Of a stretch of 64,000 bases of DNA, positions 9,566 through 19,864 are shown piece after piece (within the stretch, counting starts at the first letter, position 1; each line of letters opens with the position of its first letter). The position numbers and the translations under genes were made by a program. Origin of the DNA: an uncultured Methanosarcinaceae archaeon (lineage in GTDB: Archaea > Halobacteriota > Methanosarcinia > Methanosarcinales > Methanosarcinaceae); NCBI GenBank assembly GCA_963847185.1, contig CAWJYV010000010.1, positions 704,001 to 768,000 of the forward strand. The letters are read 5' to 3'. The notes under the pieces are model-generated. The model was not told where the DNA came from. It ran no database searches and saw only the letters and a program-made list of their open reading frames with translations.

Positions 9566-9716
9566 TTGTTTTATCACGCCTAAACGCGATTCGGGAGTAT
9601 GCTATTCTTTTCTGAAGTTTAACTTATTACTTCTAGGGTATAGCAGAGTCCTAATTACAGTAATTTTCCTCACTGGTGAAAACGTTCATATCTTATAGCA
9701 TCCTATAGGTTACTAT

Positions 9717-9953
9717 ATGGTAGCTTCGACAACAATTTGTCTTGACCCCAAAGTAAAAGAGATGCTCACAAGCCTAAAAACACATCCCCAGGAGTCTTAC
9801 AATTCAGTGGTAGAGAGGCTTATTAACATGGCAGTTGATTCTGAACCCCTGAGTGAAGAAACGATAAAAAGGATTGAAGAGGGACTTGAAGATATCAAAA
9901 AAGGAAGGTACTACACAGAAGAAGAAATTGCGGCCGAATTGAGGCTTGAGTAA
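9717..9953 (+). CDS. Type II antitoxin (RelB-like, ribbon-helix-helix-type N-terminus)
   Basis: 78 aa, TTI..ESYNSVVERLI..EGLEDIKKGR; TAATG overlap with the downstream toxin. Confidence 0.82.
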   Translation: MVASTTICLDPKVKEMLTSLKTHPQESYNSVVERLINMAVDSEPLSEETIKRIEEGLEDIKKGRYYTEEEIAAELRLE

Positions 9954-10216
9954 TGTACTCTGTAATTTATACACAGGCGGCCCTTAAAGATCTACAAAAA
10001 CTTCCTCATGAAGTAGCTCAGAAGATTTACAACGCTGTTAAACGAATAAAAGATGACCCTTATTCTCATGTAAAAAAATTAAAAGCTTCACCTACAATTC
10101 CTTTTTATTCATTGAGGGTTGGCGAATACCGTGTTGTCATGACAATTGAAAGCCAGCAATTAGTTATTTTTATCATCGAAGTTGGACACAGAAGCAAGAT
10201 TTACAGGAAATATTGA
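9953..10216 (+). CDS. relE: RelE/ParE-family toxin
   Basis: MYSVIYTQAALKDLQKL...YSLRVGEYRVV...IEVGHRSKIY RelE signature. Confidence 0.9.
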   Translation: MYSVIYTQAALKDLQKLPHEVAQKIYNAVKRIKDDPYSHVKKLKASPTIPFYSLRVGEYRVVMTIESQQLVIFIIEVGHRSKIYRKY

Positions 10217-10218
10217 AT

Positions 10219-10445
10219 TTCCGAGTTCCGCCTCTTCCGAGTTCCGCTTCCCGAGTTCCGCTTCGGGAGCACGGGGTCTGTTTCCCTCGCTTCGCTCGCT
10301 CAAGCAGACTAACTTATTGCTTAGGATCCTGCCTAACTTTCTGAATTGCGCCTCGGGATCACAGGAAATCGGAGATTTTCTGGGAGTTGCGATGTAATCG
10401 TAACAGTACGCGGTACTTTTCCCTCGCTTCGCTCGCTCAAGAGGA
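10219..10445. repeat. REP-like GC-rich repeats
   Basis: TTCCGAGTTCCGC x3 (10219-10262) and TTTCCCTCGCTTCGCTCGCTCAAG x2 (~10281 and ~10418). Confidence 0.7.
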
Positions 10446-10494
10446 CGAATTTTTGGCGAAGAGTCATAACTTGAATTTTATTTTTTTGGGGCAG

Positions 10495-10915
10495 CAACTT
10501 CCTTTAGAGAAGTGAGCTTTTTTGAACCGGAACAACGTTATTAGCGTCTTAAACGGAGCCTGTTCCGAACGTAGTGAGGCTATACCATAATAAATAAATT
10601 AAAAAAGCAATTTAAGAGTTCTATTTTCCAAAAAAATGGAAAATTCGTTGAATATGACATTCAAAATGCCTTTCATTTTGTTTTGTGCTTATTAGGACTG
10701 GCCCGAGCGTTCGCTCGGTGGAAAACAGATTCTAAACGCCGACTACTGTTTTTCGGGCGGGATCCATAACTTTATTTTTATTTTTGGGGGCAGCTCCATT
10801 AAATAATCCTCTAACAATCGTTTCCATAAGTACCTGACTGTTTTCTCTCTTTTCTTATTTTTAATTCGAGTTCATCACACAAATCCATGAACTTCTCAAC
10901 TTTTTCAACGATGCG
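10495..10915. repeat. ~420-bp direct repeat, copy 2
   Basis: See 9146-9565. Confidence 0.9.
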
Positions 10916-10996
10916 TTTCTGTTCTGCGAGGGATGGAAGAGGAATTGCAAATTTTGAGATATTGCCCATACTCAAATTAACTCTTGCATTGTCCAC
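10800..10996 (-). pseudogene. hsdS: C-terminal fragment of a type I restriction-modification specificity subunit
   Basis: IPLPSLAEQKRIVEKVEKFMDLCDELE is the conserved HsdS helical motif; no N-terminal domain and no hsdM/hsdR nearby. Confidence 0.78.
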
Positions 10997-11319
10997 TTGT
11001 TTATCGAATTCTTAAATACTTAAATAGTGAAGTGTGCTCCATATTTTTAGGCTTAAAAATGAATTTCCAATAATCTTGATTAATAATTTACTTTTACAAA
11101 AAAGAAAAAAATATATTTACCTTTTCCGGACTTATACATAAAAAATCCATTCTGTGAGAATATGGCTTGGAGCTCAGCCGGCTCTTAAAATACCATTATA
11201 TCAATGATATATAGATTAAATCAATGAGCTAATTATTAGAATAATGCGTTAATCGATATATGAATGGAATAATATTATGTGTTAAAAATATTATATATAA
11301 TGAGTGTATAGTATGAATT

Positions 11320-11492
11320 GCGTTCTCATCCCTTGAACACCCCATTAGTAAACACCTACTCCAAAAAGATCTACCGCAATAAGGGATCAAAATAAGAACT
11401 CTCAACCCCGAGATGCCTAACCTCTTTCCAGACTAAGAAACTGAGCATTCTATAATGTCATTAGAACTTCCAGGCTTTTTGGATGAGAACGC
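11320..11492 (+). ncRNA. sRNA candidate closed by a 12-bp terminal stem
   Basis: GCGTTCTCATCC (11320-11331) is the perfect reverse complement of GGATGAGAACGC (11481-11492); TTATATAT box at 11291-11298; no sizeable ORF. Confidence 0.55.
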
Positions 11493-11542
11493 TAATCCTC
11501 TTCTAAATAAAAACAATACCCTGTTTTAAACTTCATCTATCT

Positions 11543-11640
11543 TTCCTTTGTTTTTGTCATTCCTTTGTTTTTGTCATTCCTTTGTTTTTGTCATTCCTTT
11601 GTCTTTTGTCATTCCTTTGTTTTTGTCATTCCTTTGTCTT
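11543..11640. repeat. 17-bp tandem repeat TTCCTTTGTTTTTGTCA (~5.5 copies)
   Basis: Seen directly; explains the low-complexity ORFs at 11548-11902. Confidence 0.9.
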
Positions 11641-11724
11641 TCTTTTATTACTTTTGTCCTTTTTTCTTTTATCCCTTTCTCCTTCAATGTCCTTTTTTTT
11701 ACTTTTTTCCCCTTCACTCCTTTA

Positions 11725-13182
11725 TTATTCCTTCTTTGCCTCTTTCTTTGCCTCATCTTTCATAATTATTCCTTCAGCTGCCATGATTCCTGTTGCAGCT
11801 GCGTTTACTATGTCCCTTGAAAGTCCTGCCCCGTCTCCTGCTGCAAAGAGATTTTTAATGCTGGTTTCCATTTGTCTGTTCACTTTAAGGTGCATTGCAT
11901 AGAACTTGACTTCAGGAGCGTACAGCAGGGTTGAGTCTGAAGTAACGCCGGGTATGATCTCGTTTAGGGTCTCCAGGCCTTCGATTATGTCCATAACTAT
12001 CCTGTGGGGGAGCGCCATTGAGATGTCTCCTGGAGTTATGTCTTTGAGCGTATTTACAACAATGTTTCTGGCAATTCGTTCTTTTGTGGAGCGGCGACCG
12101 CGCCTCAGGTCTCCCATGCGCTGCAGGACAGGCTTGCCTCCTCCTATCGTGGTTGCCAGCTTTGCAATTGAACGGGCGTATTTTGTAGTGTTTTCCATGG
12201 GCTCCGTAAGCTCAACTCGGACAAGGAAGGCGAAATTGGTGTTTTCGGACTCTTTGTTGGCCATAGAGTGGCCATTAGTTGCGATAAAATCTTCATATTC
12301 TTCCTTTACGACAAATCCGCGCATATTTGTGCAGAATGTCCGGACGAAGTCATCGTAACGGCGGCTCTGGATATGGAACTTGGGGTCGCGGTTGATTTTC
12401 GTTACAGGATCCATAACGATTGCAGGGACTTCTACTCTCACCCCGATATCAATTCCACCGTATCTGGCTTCTATTCCGTGCTTCTCAATCATCTCAGAGA
12501 TCCAGTTGAATCCTCTTCTTCCCGGAGACAGAAGTACATAGATGGCATGGATTATTCTCCCGTCTGAAAGTACGATCCCTTTGCAGATGCCTTCCTCGAC
12601 CAGCAGGTCTTCCACCTCGCTCTCAAGCAGGAAATCCACGTCTTTGTCAACAAGGTCCTGTTTAAAGTGCCCTATTACAGCAGGAGCGTTGTCCGAACCT
12701 ATGTGCCTCTGCTTGATCTCGATAAACCGGGCTCCGACAGAAGCAGCTCTGCGCTTCAGCTCTTCTATCTCCGGGCCTTCTGTCAAAAGAGCTTCATGTG
12801 GCGCTCCAAACTTCAGAAAAACCTTATCCACTCTTTCTACAAGCTCCCAGGCTTCTGTCTGATCCCCTGTCAGAGCTGCCAGATCCCCTCCCACATCAGG
12901 CCTCAGGTTTAAGGTCCCATCCGAGTAAGTTCCGCAGCCCCCTACCCCGCACATGATATCGCAGGGAGTACAGTGCATACAGTAAGTCTGGGTTTTCATG
13001 GGGCACAGGCGTTTGTCTATATCGCTGCCCATATCTACAATAAGGACTTTCAGATGTTTTACCTCTGCAAGCTCGTAAGCTGCAAACATCCCGGCAGGCC
13101 CTGCTCCTATAATCAGGACGTCGTACTTCGAATTTATCTCCTCTTCTTTAAAAAATCCATCTTCTTTCTCCATGCATAGCAC
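11725..13182 (-). CDS. NAD(P)/FAD-dependent oxidoreductase (COG2509-like uncharacterised FAD dehydrogenase)
   Basis: IIGAGPAG Rossmann motif, GVGGCGTYSDG, VRTFCTN, TNGHS, LFAAGDGAG. Confidence 0.88.
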   Translation of the reverse strand: MLCMEKEDGFFKEEEINSKYDVLIIGAGPAGMFAAYELAEVKHLKVLIVDMGSDIDKRLCPMKTQTYCMHCTPCDIMCGVGGCGTYSDGTLNLRPDVGGDLAALTGDQTEAWELVERVDKVFLKFGAPHEALLTEGPEIEELKRRAASVGARFIEIKQRHIGSDNAPAVIGHFKQDLVDKDVDFLLESEVEDLLVEEGICKGIVLSDGRIIHAIYVLLSPGRRGFNWISEMIEKHGIEARYGGIDIGVRVEVPAIVMDPVTKINRDPKFHIQSRRYDDFVRTFCTNMRGFVVKEEYEDFIATNGHSMANKESENTNFAFLVRVELTEPMENTTKYARSIAKLATTIGGGKPVLQRMGDLRRGRRSTKERIARNIVVNTLKDITPGDISMALPHRIVMDIIEGLETLNEIIPGVTSDSTLLYAPEVKFYAMHLKVNRQMETSIKNLFAAGDGAGLSRDIVNAAATGIMAAEGIIMKDEAKKEAKKE

Positions 13183-13803
13183 CCTTTAAAATTATGTGAA
13201 TTTTTGAAGCATTAAGTGGTCAGAAACTCCTAACCTCAACTTTTTATCCGGAATTTTTCCGAAAATCTGAAATAAATTGTTTAGATTTCCCCATATACTC
13301 AATTGAGCCCTGTTCTCTATTGAGAAATAACGTAATCTGGTTTTTGTCCGCCGTTATTGTGCATAGAAGTACTCTAGAAACATTATCAGTTCCTCTATGT
13401 ATGGAAATTTTCCTGCATAGATAAATGTACTGATAAAAGGAAATAGAAAAATGAAAGCTACAAAAAGTGCTCAACCGCTGGTCATAGATGCTCCTCAAAA
13501 ATGATTTCTCCCTTCCCCCTAAATAGGTATGAAATCGTCAGTATAAAAAAGTTTCATTCATGTTTGAAATGCATAAATGATTTTTTGGAATGAATACAAA
13601 AAATAATGAATAAAGATCATTAAAACTCAAAACTATGATCTTTAACCAGTTAAACGCAAAATAACTTCCCAACATGCTGTACTTTCCTTGAACAGAAGAT
13701 CAGGATTATATCAAGTCCCTGAAATAAGGTCTATTAACTCTTAAATAGCTAAATTTTTAGTGCTTTATAATTTGATATTTCTGATTTAAAGGGGGAGTAA
13801 CAG

Positions 13804-16800
13804 ATGTGGGTAAGTAAATTAACCGTTCTTTTAGCGGTTGCTATCTTCCTTTTGACTGCTACCAACAGCCCTGCATCTGCCAGGGAGATTATAGTGGATG
13901 ATAAAGGTTCGAATGCAGGTTTCAGATCTATTCAGGAGGCAGTGGATAGTTCCTCTTCAGGAGATATAATTCTTGTTTATCCGGGCCTCTATAATGAGAG
14001 CGTGAATGTAAGTAAAGACAACTTGAGCATTCTTTCTGAGTCTGAAGAGCCTGAAGATACTCTTGTTAGGGATTTTAATGTAAGCGCGAATAATATTATT
14101 GTAAAAGGATTTACCATACAAGAAAATTTAGCTTTACAGGGTCTTAAGGGTGATCTCTGGTATGCTAAAATTGAAAACTGTACTGTTAAAAATAACATTT
14201 TGGAATCAGGTATTTATGCTGATGAATGTTACAATTCCACTATTGGGAAAAATGTAATTTTAAACTCAGGTATCTTTGTATCGGGGCCTGAAGCAGATTC
14301 TAATTTAACAATTTCTGATAATTTAATTGTTAACGGAGATATTGGAGTTCATCACGGTTCATATAATTGTGTCTTGCTTAATAATACACTTCTGAATGGA
14401 GGCATAGGAGTAGGTGAAGGTCCTGGCTGCAAAATTCTCGGCAATTATATTTCAAATGGGATAGATGACGGTTACGGAATTGTCTTTTCTGAATCTTCTT
14501 CTAGTGGGATAGAAAACAATACGATTGTAAATTGCACTAATGGTATCTTTTTAGTCCGGCTCACGGGGCCTAACACAGTTTATAATAATACTCTGATGTC
14601 AAATAATCGGGGGATTTATATTGGAGACTCAGGAGGAAACTCGCTTCTAAATAACACTATCTCAAAAAACAATATTGGGATACTATTAAACGGCATGACC
14701 ACGGATCAGGCGGGAGCTAATTCGCTTGTTAATAACACCATTTCAAACAACAATATAGGAATATTATTCGAAGGCGATTCTTCTGGTAATCTGGTAACCA
14801 ATAACAAAGTGGAGCTAAACAAGCAATATGGAGTATATATCAAACAGGTTAGCTATGAGATACCATATAATGGAACTGCACCATATAATGGAACTAACTG
14901 GTTCTACAATAATAGATTCAATAATACTGTTAACTTCTTTAATGATACAAGCAACTATACAAACGACCATTATACTGCAAGGGAAATAAATAATAGAAAT
15001 AATAGCACTGGAATAATTTCTGTTGCTTTGAACACTTCAAAAACTGCAGGCACTAACATCATAGGTGGGTCCTACCTTGGTGGAAATTTTTGGGCAAAGC
15101 CTGATGGCGCTGGTTTTTCCCAGATATGCGCGGACTCGGAGGGGGATGGAATTGGAGATTTACCCTATTATATAACCGGTAATGATATTGATTATCTTCC
15201 TCTTGTATCTGTATCCAGATCACAAGAAACAATAATTCCATTTGCAAACTTCAGCACCAACATCACACAGAATCTTGCCCCACTCGCTGTCCAGTTTACA
15301 GATCTTTCGCAGAATGCAGTTGCATGGAACTGGGATTTTGACAATAACGGAATATCCGATTCTGCAAGCCAAAATCCGGTTTATGTGTACATAGTCCCTG
15401 GAACCTACATTGTCAATTTAACAGCTAGCAACGGAAAAGAAACATCCTCAAAAACTCAGATAATAATTATGCAGGAAGCAACAGTTCCTCCCGTAGCAGA
15501 CTTCAGTTCCAATGTTACAGGCGGTCAGGTTCCTCTTTCAGTCCGGTTCATGGATATTTCCCAAAATGCAACATCAAGAGAATGGGATTTTAACAATGAC
15601 GGAAACTTTGACTCTACAGAAAGAACCCCGGTTTATGTATATACTTACCCTGGAAACCATACTGTCAACCTGACAGTAAGCAATACAAAAGGTACTGTTT
15701 CAAAATCATTTCCAATAACAGTATATCCTGCACAGCGTTTGGAGGGTGAACTCATCTTAACGGAATCTCAGATTACCACGAATGACTCGAATCAGGAGTA
15801 TCCTGCTATCTGCGGGGACAGAATAGTATGGCAGGATAGTCGTGATGGAAACTATACTTTATATCTATACGATATATCCACTTCTTCGGAAACTCCCATT
15901 GTCAGCGGCTATCCTCAATTTGACCCCGTTATCTATGAAGACAAGATTGTGTGGCAATCTGGAAATATATACCTATATAACCTCTCAACTTTTTCAAAAG
16001 ATCAGATCACTAATCAATCCGGAAGATATCCTGCTATTTACGATAATAAGATTGTCTGGGAGAGCTCTCATATCTACATGTACGATCTCTTGACTCTCAA
16101 AGAAACTCAAATTACTAACAACAATAACACATCATATCAAGAGTATCCAGCTATCTTTAGTAACAGGATTGTGTGGGGAGACTGGCGCAATAGAAACTGG
16201 GATATTTATATGTATGATCTCTCCACCCAAAAGGAATTACAGATAACTGCCAATGAATCAGATCAGGTAAGACCTGCTATATACGGAGACAGAATAGTAT
16301 GGGTAGATTCCCGTAATGGATATCCAAATATCTACATGTATAACCTCTCCAGTTCCAGAGAAACTCGGATAACCAGCAATAAATCAGGTCAATATTTGCC
16401 TGCTATTTACGGAGACAGAATTGTATGGGAAGATGGTCGCAGTGGCAATGGATCTGATATTTACATGTACGACTTCTCTACCTCCAAGGAAATCCAGATC
16501 ACTGCCAGTGGATCAGCATCCAATCCTGCTATCTACGATAACAGGATAGTATGGCAGGATCATCGGAATGGAAACTCGGATATCTACATGTGCACTATTT
16601 CAAGAGATGGACATAATTTGAAAACACCTGTTTCTGACTTCTTTGCGAATATAACATCAGGAAATGCACCCTTAAAAATATTATTCACTGACAACAGCAC
16701 TGGTGCACCGATTTTCTGGTTCTGGGATTTCGGAGATGGTATTAATTCAAAACACGCTTTAAACGCAACTCACACATTTACTGAACCTGGAAAGTATGAT

Positions 16801-16881
16801 ATAAGTCTTACAGTAACAAATGAAAACGGTAGCAATACAAGGATTATGCCTGATTATATTACAGTCTCCGAAAGTAAATGA
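13804..16881 (+). CDS. Cell-surface protein: NosD-like beta-helix, PKD domains and Methanosarcina-type beta-propeller repeats
   Basis: Signal peptide; Asn-rich parallel beta-helix; GGNFWAKPDG; PKD WxWDF motifs; repeated PAIYGDRIVWxDxRNG..DIYMYDL. Confidence 0.92.
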   Translation: MWVSKLTVLLAVAIFLLTATNSPASAREIIVDDKGSNAGFRSIQEAVDSSSSGDIILVYPGLYNESVNVSKDNLSILSESEEPEDTLVRDFNVSANNIIVKGFTIQENLALQGLKGDLWYAKIENCTVKNNILESGIYADECYNSTIGKNVILNSGIFVSGPEADSNLTISDNLIVNGDIGVHHGSYNCVLLNNTLLNGGIGVGEGPGCKILGNYISNGIDDGYGIVFSESSSSGIENNTIVNCTNGIFLVRLTGPNTVYNNTLMSNNRGIYIGDSGGNSLLNNTISKNNIGILLNGMTTDQAGANSLVNNTISNNNIGILFEGDSSGNLVTNNKVELNKQYGVYIKQVSYEIPYNGTAPYNGTNWFYNNRFNNTVNFFNDTSNYTNDHYTAREINNRNNSTGIISVALNTSKTAGTNIIGGSYLGGNFWAKPDGAGFSQICADSEGDGIGDLPYYITGNDIDYLPLVSVSRSQETIIPFANFSTNITQNLAPLAVQFTDLSQNAVAWNWDFDNNGISDSASQNPVYVYIVPGTYIVNLTASNGKETSSKTQIIIMQEATVPPVADFSSNVTGGQVPLSVRFMDISQNATSREWDFNNDGNFDSTERTPVYVYTYPGNHTVNLTVSNTKGTVSKSFPITVYPAQRLEGELILTESQITTNDSNQEYPAICGDRIVWQDSRDGNYTLYLYDISTSSETPIVSGYPQFDPVIYEDKIVWQSGNIYLYNLSTFSKDQITNQSGRYPAIYDNKIVWESSHIYMYDLLTLKETQITNNNNTSYQEYPAIFSNRIVWGDWRNRNWDIYMYDLSTQKELQITANESDQVRPAIYGDRIVWVDSRNGYPNIYMYNLSSSRETRITSNKSGQYLPAIYGDRIVWEDGRSGNGSDIYMYDFSTSKEIQITASGSASNPAIYDNRIVWQDHRNGNSDIYMCTISRDGHNLKTPVSDFFANITSGNAPLKILFTDNSTGAPIFWFWDFGDGINSKHALNATHTFTEPGKYDISLTVTNENGSNTRIMPDYITVSESK

Positions 16882-17122
16882 ATATCTTATTGAAAAATCA
16901 GTGAAAAACCAGTGAAAAACCAAAAGATAAGTGATAAGCCGGAAAATCAGTGTAAAATCGAAAGATCCGAAAGAGCCAAGGATAAGGGTCAAATCAGGAG
17001 CAATTGATTAATCTGTAAAGCAAAAACTTCTGATACACCAATCCCTTAGCCTCTCTGGCAAATATGAGAACTTTTGAGAACCATTATCAGGCTTAATATT
17101 TTTCAGTTTATTTTTTTGATTT

Positions 17123-19864
17123 TCAGTTAATTTTTCTGATAATCAGTCTCTTCAATACTTTCTTCCCATCTCTTTCATTATCTGCTTCATTTTCTTGGCT
17201 TTCGGGTATTTCAATCCAGATCATGAAGCAATAGTCACTGCCTGCCCCGAGATCTTTGATGCGGATTTCAAGAGGATTATCCTTTGCAGGTTCTGTTTTC
17301 CCTCTTAACTTCTGGTGAAATATTTTTGCTACAGCTTTTTCGGGGGCAGGGGCAGAGATTACTCCTATCATTCCTCCTTTTTCGTCAGTGGCTATGAAGG
17401 TTTTTTCCTTTTTTTCCTGCGCTGCCGAAACTTCCTGTTTTATGGTTTCCCGCCTGAGCTGACGTCTGACTCTGCTCAAAGCATCTTCTGTGCTTCTTTT
17501 TTCAGGAGCTGGTCTCGATGAAGCTTTGAGTTCTGAAAGGTGCTTTTCTTTTTTCTCAGGCGGAATATAAGGCTCTTTTCCAAGGAGTTCGTGAAGGAGC
17601 ATGATTGCAGCATGCTTGTCCAGCGGCTCATTATTATTTCCACATTTAGGTGACTGGATGCAGCTCGGACAGCCGCTCTCACAGGGACAGCTCTCGATTG
17701 CTTTCAGGGTGCCGTCAAGTACCTCTTCTATCAGGTCATAACCTTTTTCGGCATATCCTACTCCTCCCCTGTGCCCGTCATAAATGAATATCCCGCTTTT
17801 GCTTCCAAGGTCAGGATGAGATGGAGTGGAAACCCCGCCCACATCGCTTCTGTCCACAAGCAGATGAAGAGGATACATAGAAATCATTGCATGCTCGACT
17901 GCGTGAATACCGCCTGCAAAATCCAGCTTATGTTCTCCTACAAGCTCTTGCAGCCGATTTGGAAGCTTCAGCCAGAGAGCCATTGTCTGGAGCGTTACAG
18001 GAGGCATTTCAAGATTATGAGCACTCATGATATCATTGCTGTGGGTCTGGATTTTTCTGTATCCTATTACCCTGTCTGTTACCTCTACTTCTCCAAGCCC
18101 TACTTCAACGTCAGAAACATGCAGAAGAGGTTTTATTGAATAGGTCTCCTGCACCTGGACTGAAGAGTCGATCATGGGTTTCGTATGATAATTGTCATGT
18201 GTTTTTACAGCATGTATCTCCTTTTTCTCATGGTCGATCCTGTTTATGTAGTAGGTTTCTCCTCTGTGCATATAGACCGCACCAGGGTGACACTCACGAA
18301 AAGCCAGAGTCTCTTCGATATCTTTTTCTATTGGGAAGCTTTTTTCCCCTTCGAAAGCAAGGAGAGAGTAGGTATTATTGTCTATTCCCCTCAGGGAGAC
18401 ATGCTTGTACGGGAACGGATCAGTTGAATATTTGAGGTGGTCTCCTGCAAGCAGGCCTTCGGCCTCCAGAAGTTCAACGACTCTGGAATACCCTTTACCG
18501 AAATACTTTTCATCGGATTCTTTCAAAGGGATTTCTTTTGCGGCACAGAGCAGGTGTCCTGCAAGGATGTAAGGGTTTTTGGGGTTAAGGACTGCATTTT
18601 CACTGCTTCTTTCAAAAAAGTCGGCAGGGTTTCTCATATAATACTGGTCAAGGGCATTTGTGCCCGCTACAAGCACAACAAGGCTTTCATTTCCGCTTCT
18701 GCCTGCCCTTCCTGCCTGCTGCCTGGCACTCATCACGGTTCCGGGATAACCGTCCAGAATACAGGCATCAAGCCCCCCGATATCTATCCCGAGTTCGAGG
18801 GCATTTGTGGAAATTACACCCCGTAGCTCCCCTGAATTCATTTTTTTTTCGATTTCTTCCCTTTCCCTGTCAAAATATCCGCTCCTGTACGAGCAAATAG
18901 CATAGGAGAGATTTCTGTCTCTCAAAAGCTCTCTGCAGTTTCTGTACATCCTTTCAACTCCCTGTCTGGAGCGGGTAAAGACCAGAGTTTGAAGCCCTGC
19001 CTGGACAGCCCTTGTAAAAATGGAAGAAGCCTCTGAAAAGCTGCTTCTCCTGAGGGTACAGCCCCTGTTATTCATATAGAGAGGCGGATTCCAGAATACG
19101 AATTTTTGAGGCCCGTTTGACGAACCGTTGTTCTCGACTACTTCTGGCTCCCTTCCGATCAGAGTTTCAGTATGCTCTTTTGGGTTTCCGATGGTTGCAG
19201 AACAGCAAATGAACTGAGGGATCGCTCCGTAATATTCAGCCACGCGCAAAAGCCGTCGGAGCAGGTTTGCCATATTGCTTCCAATAACCCCCCTGTAGTA
19301 GTGGCTTTCGTCAACAACTATGAATTTCAGGTTTGAGAAAAAACGCCTCCAGAGATGGTGCCAGGCAAGAAAACTCATATGGACCATTTCAGGGTTTGTG
19401 AAAACAATATTGGTCTTCCCTTCCCTTACTTTTCTTTTCTGGGCTTCACTGAGGGCTCCGGTATAACGGGCTATCCCTGCTCCTGACTGCAGACTTTCTT
19501 CGAATCCCATAAAAGCCTTTAGCTGGTCGTTTACCAGCGCATTTAAAGGAGAAATATAAAGGGCAGTAGCTTCAGGATTTTCCAGGATTGTTTCAAAAAT
19601 AGGAACCATATAAGTAAGGGTCTTTCCGCTTGCCGTGGTCGTGCAGAGCACAAGATCTTTTCCGTTCCTAATTTTTTCTATAGCTTCAGCCTGATGGGAG
19701 TAAAGAGCCTCAATTCCTGCTGCTAGAAGGGAATTTTTTACCTGTATTTTCAATTCAAGGGGAGTATAAAGGGCTTCCTTTGCAGGAATCTCTTCTATGT
19801 GAACTATCTGGTTTTCATAGCGGCTGGAAGCTTTTATCTCTTTCAGCAGGAGGGAAATATCCAT
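17123..19864 (-). CDS. SF2 DExH helicase with DUF1998 zinc domain (Hrq1/MrfA/SftH family)
   Basis: TASGKT, DESH, SAT, QQAGRAGR, and CPCESGCPSC at the C-terminus; start taken at MDISLL. Confidence 0.92.
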   Translation of the reverse strand: MDISLLLKEIKASSRYENQIVHIEEIPAKEALYTPLELKIQVKNSLLAAGIEALYSHQAEAIEKIRNGKDLVLCTTTASGKTLTYMVPIFETILENPEATALYISPLNALVNDQLKAFMGFEESLQSGAGIARYTGALSEAQKRKVREGKTNIVFTNPEMVHMSFLAWHHLWRRFFSNLKFIVVDESHYYRGVIGSNMANLLRRLLRVAEYYGAIPQFICCSATIGNPKEHTETLIGREPEVVENNGSSNGPQKFVFWNPPLYMNNRGCTLRRSSFSEASSIFTRAVQAGLQTLVFTRSRQGVERMYRNCRELLRDRNLSYAICSYRSGYFDREREEIEKKMNSGELRGVISTNALELGIDIGGLDACILDGYPGTVMSARQQAGRAGRSGNESLVVLVAGTNALDQYYMRNPADFFERSSENAVLNPKNPYILAGHLLCAAKEIPLKESDEKYFGKGYSRVVELLEAEGLLAGDHLKYSTDPFPYKHVSLRGIDNNTYSLLAFEGEKSFPIEKDIEETLAFRECHPGAVYMHRGETYYINRIDHEKKEIHAVKTHDNYHTKPMIDSSVQVQETYSIKPLLHVSDVEVGLGEVEVTDRVIGYRKIQTHSNDIMSAHNLEMPPVTLQTMALWLKLPNRLQELVGEHKLDFAGGIHAVEHAMISMYPLHLLVDRSDVGGVSTPSHPDLGSKSGIFIYDGHRGGVGYAEKGYDLIEEVLDGTLKAIESCPCESGCPSCIQSPKCGNNNEPLDKHAAIMLLHELLGKEPYIPPEKKEKHLSELKASSRPAPEKRSTEDALSRVRRQLRRETIKQEVSAAQEKKEKTFIATDEKGGMIGVISAPAPEKAVAKIFHQKLRGKTEPAKDNPLEIRIKDLGAGSDYCFMIWIEIPESQENEADNERDGKKVLKRLIIRKIN

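Noticed and set aside
11548-11902. Phe/Leu-rich and Lys-rich ORFs
   Set aside because: Translations of a 17-bp tandem repeat and a pyrimidine tract.
17123-19864. DISARM/Druantia defence helicase (DUF1998)
   Set aside because: Single Hrq1-like gene with no methylase, drm or dru neighbours.
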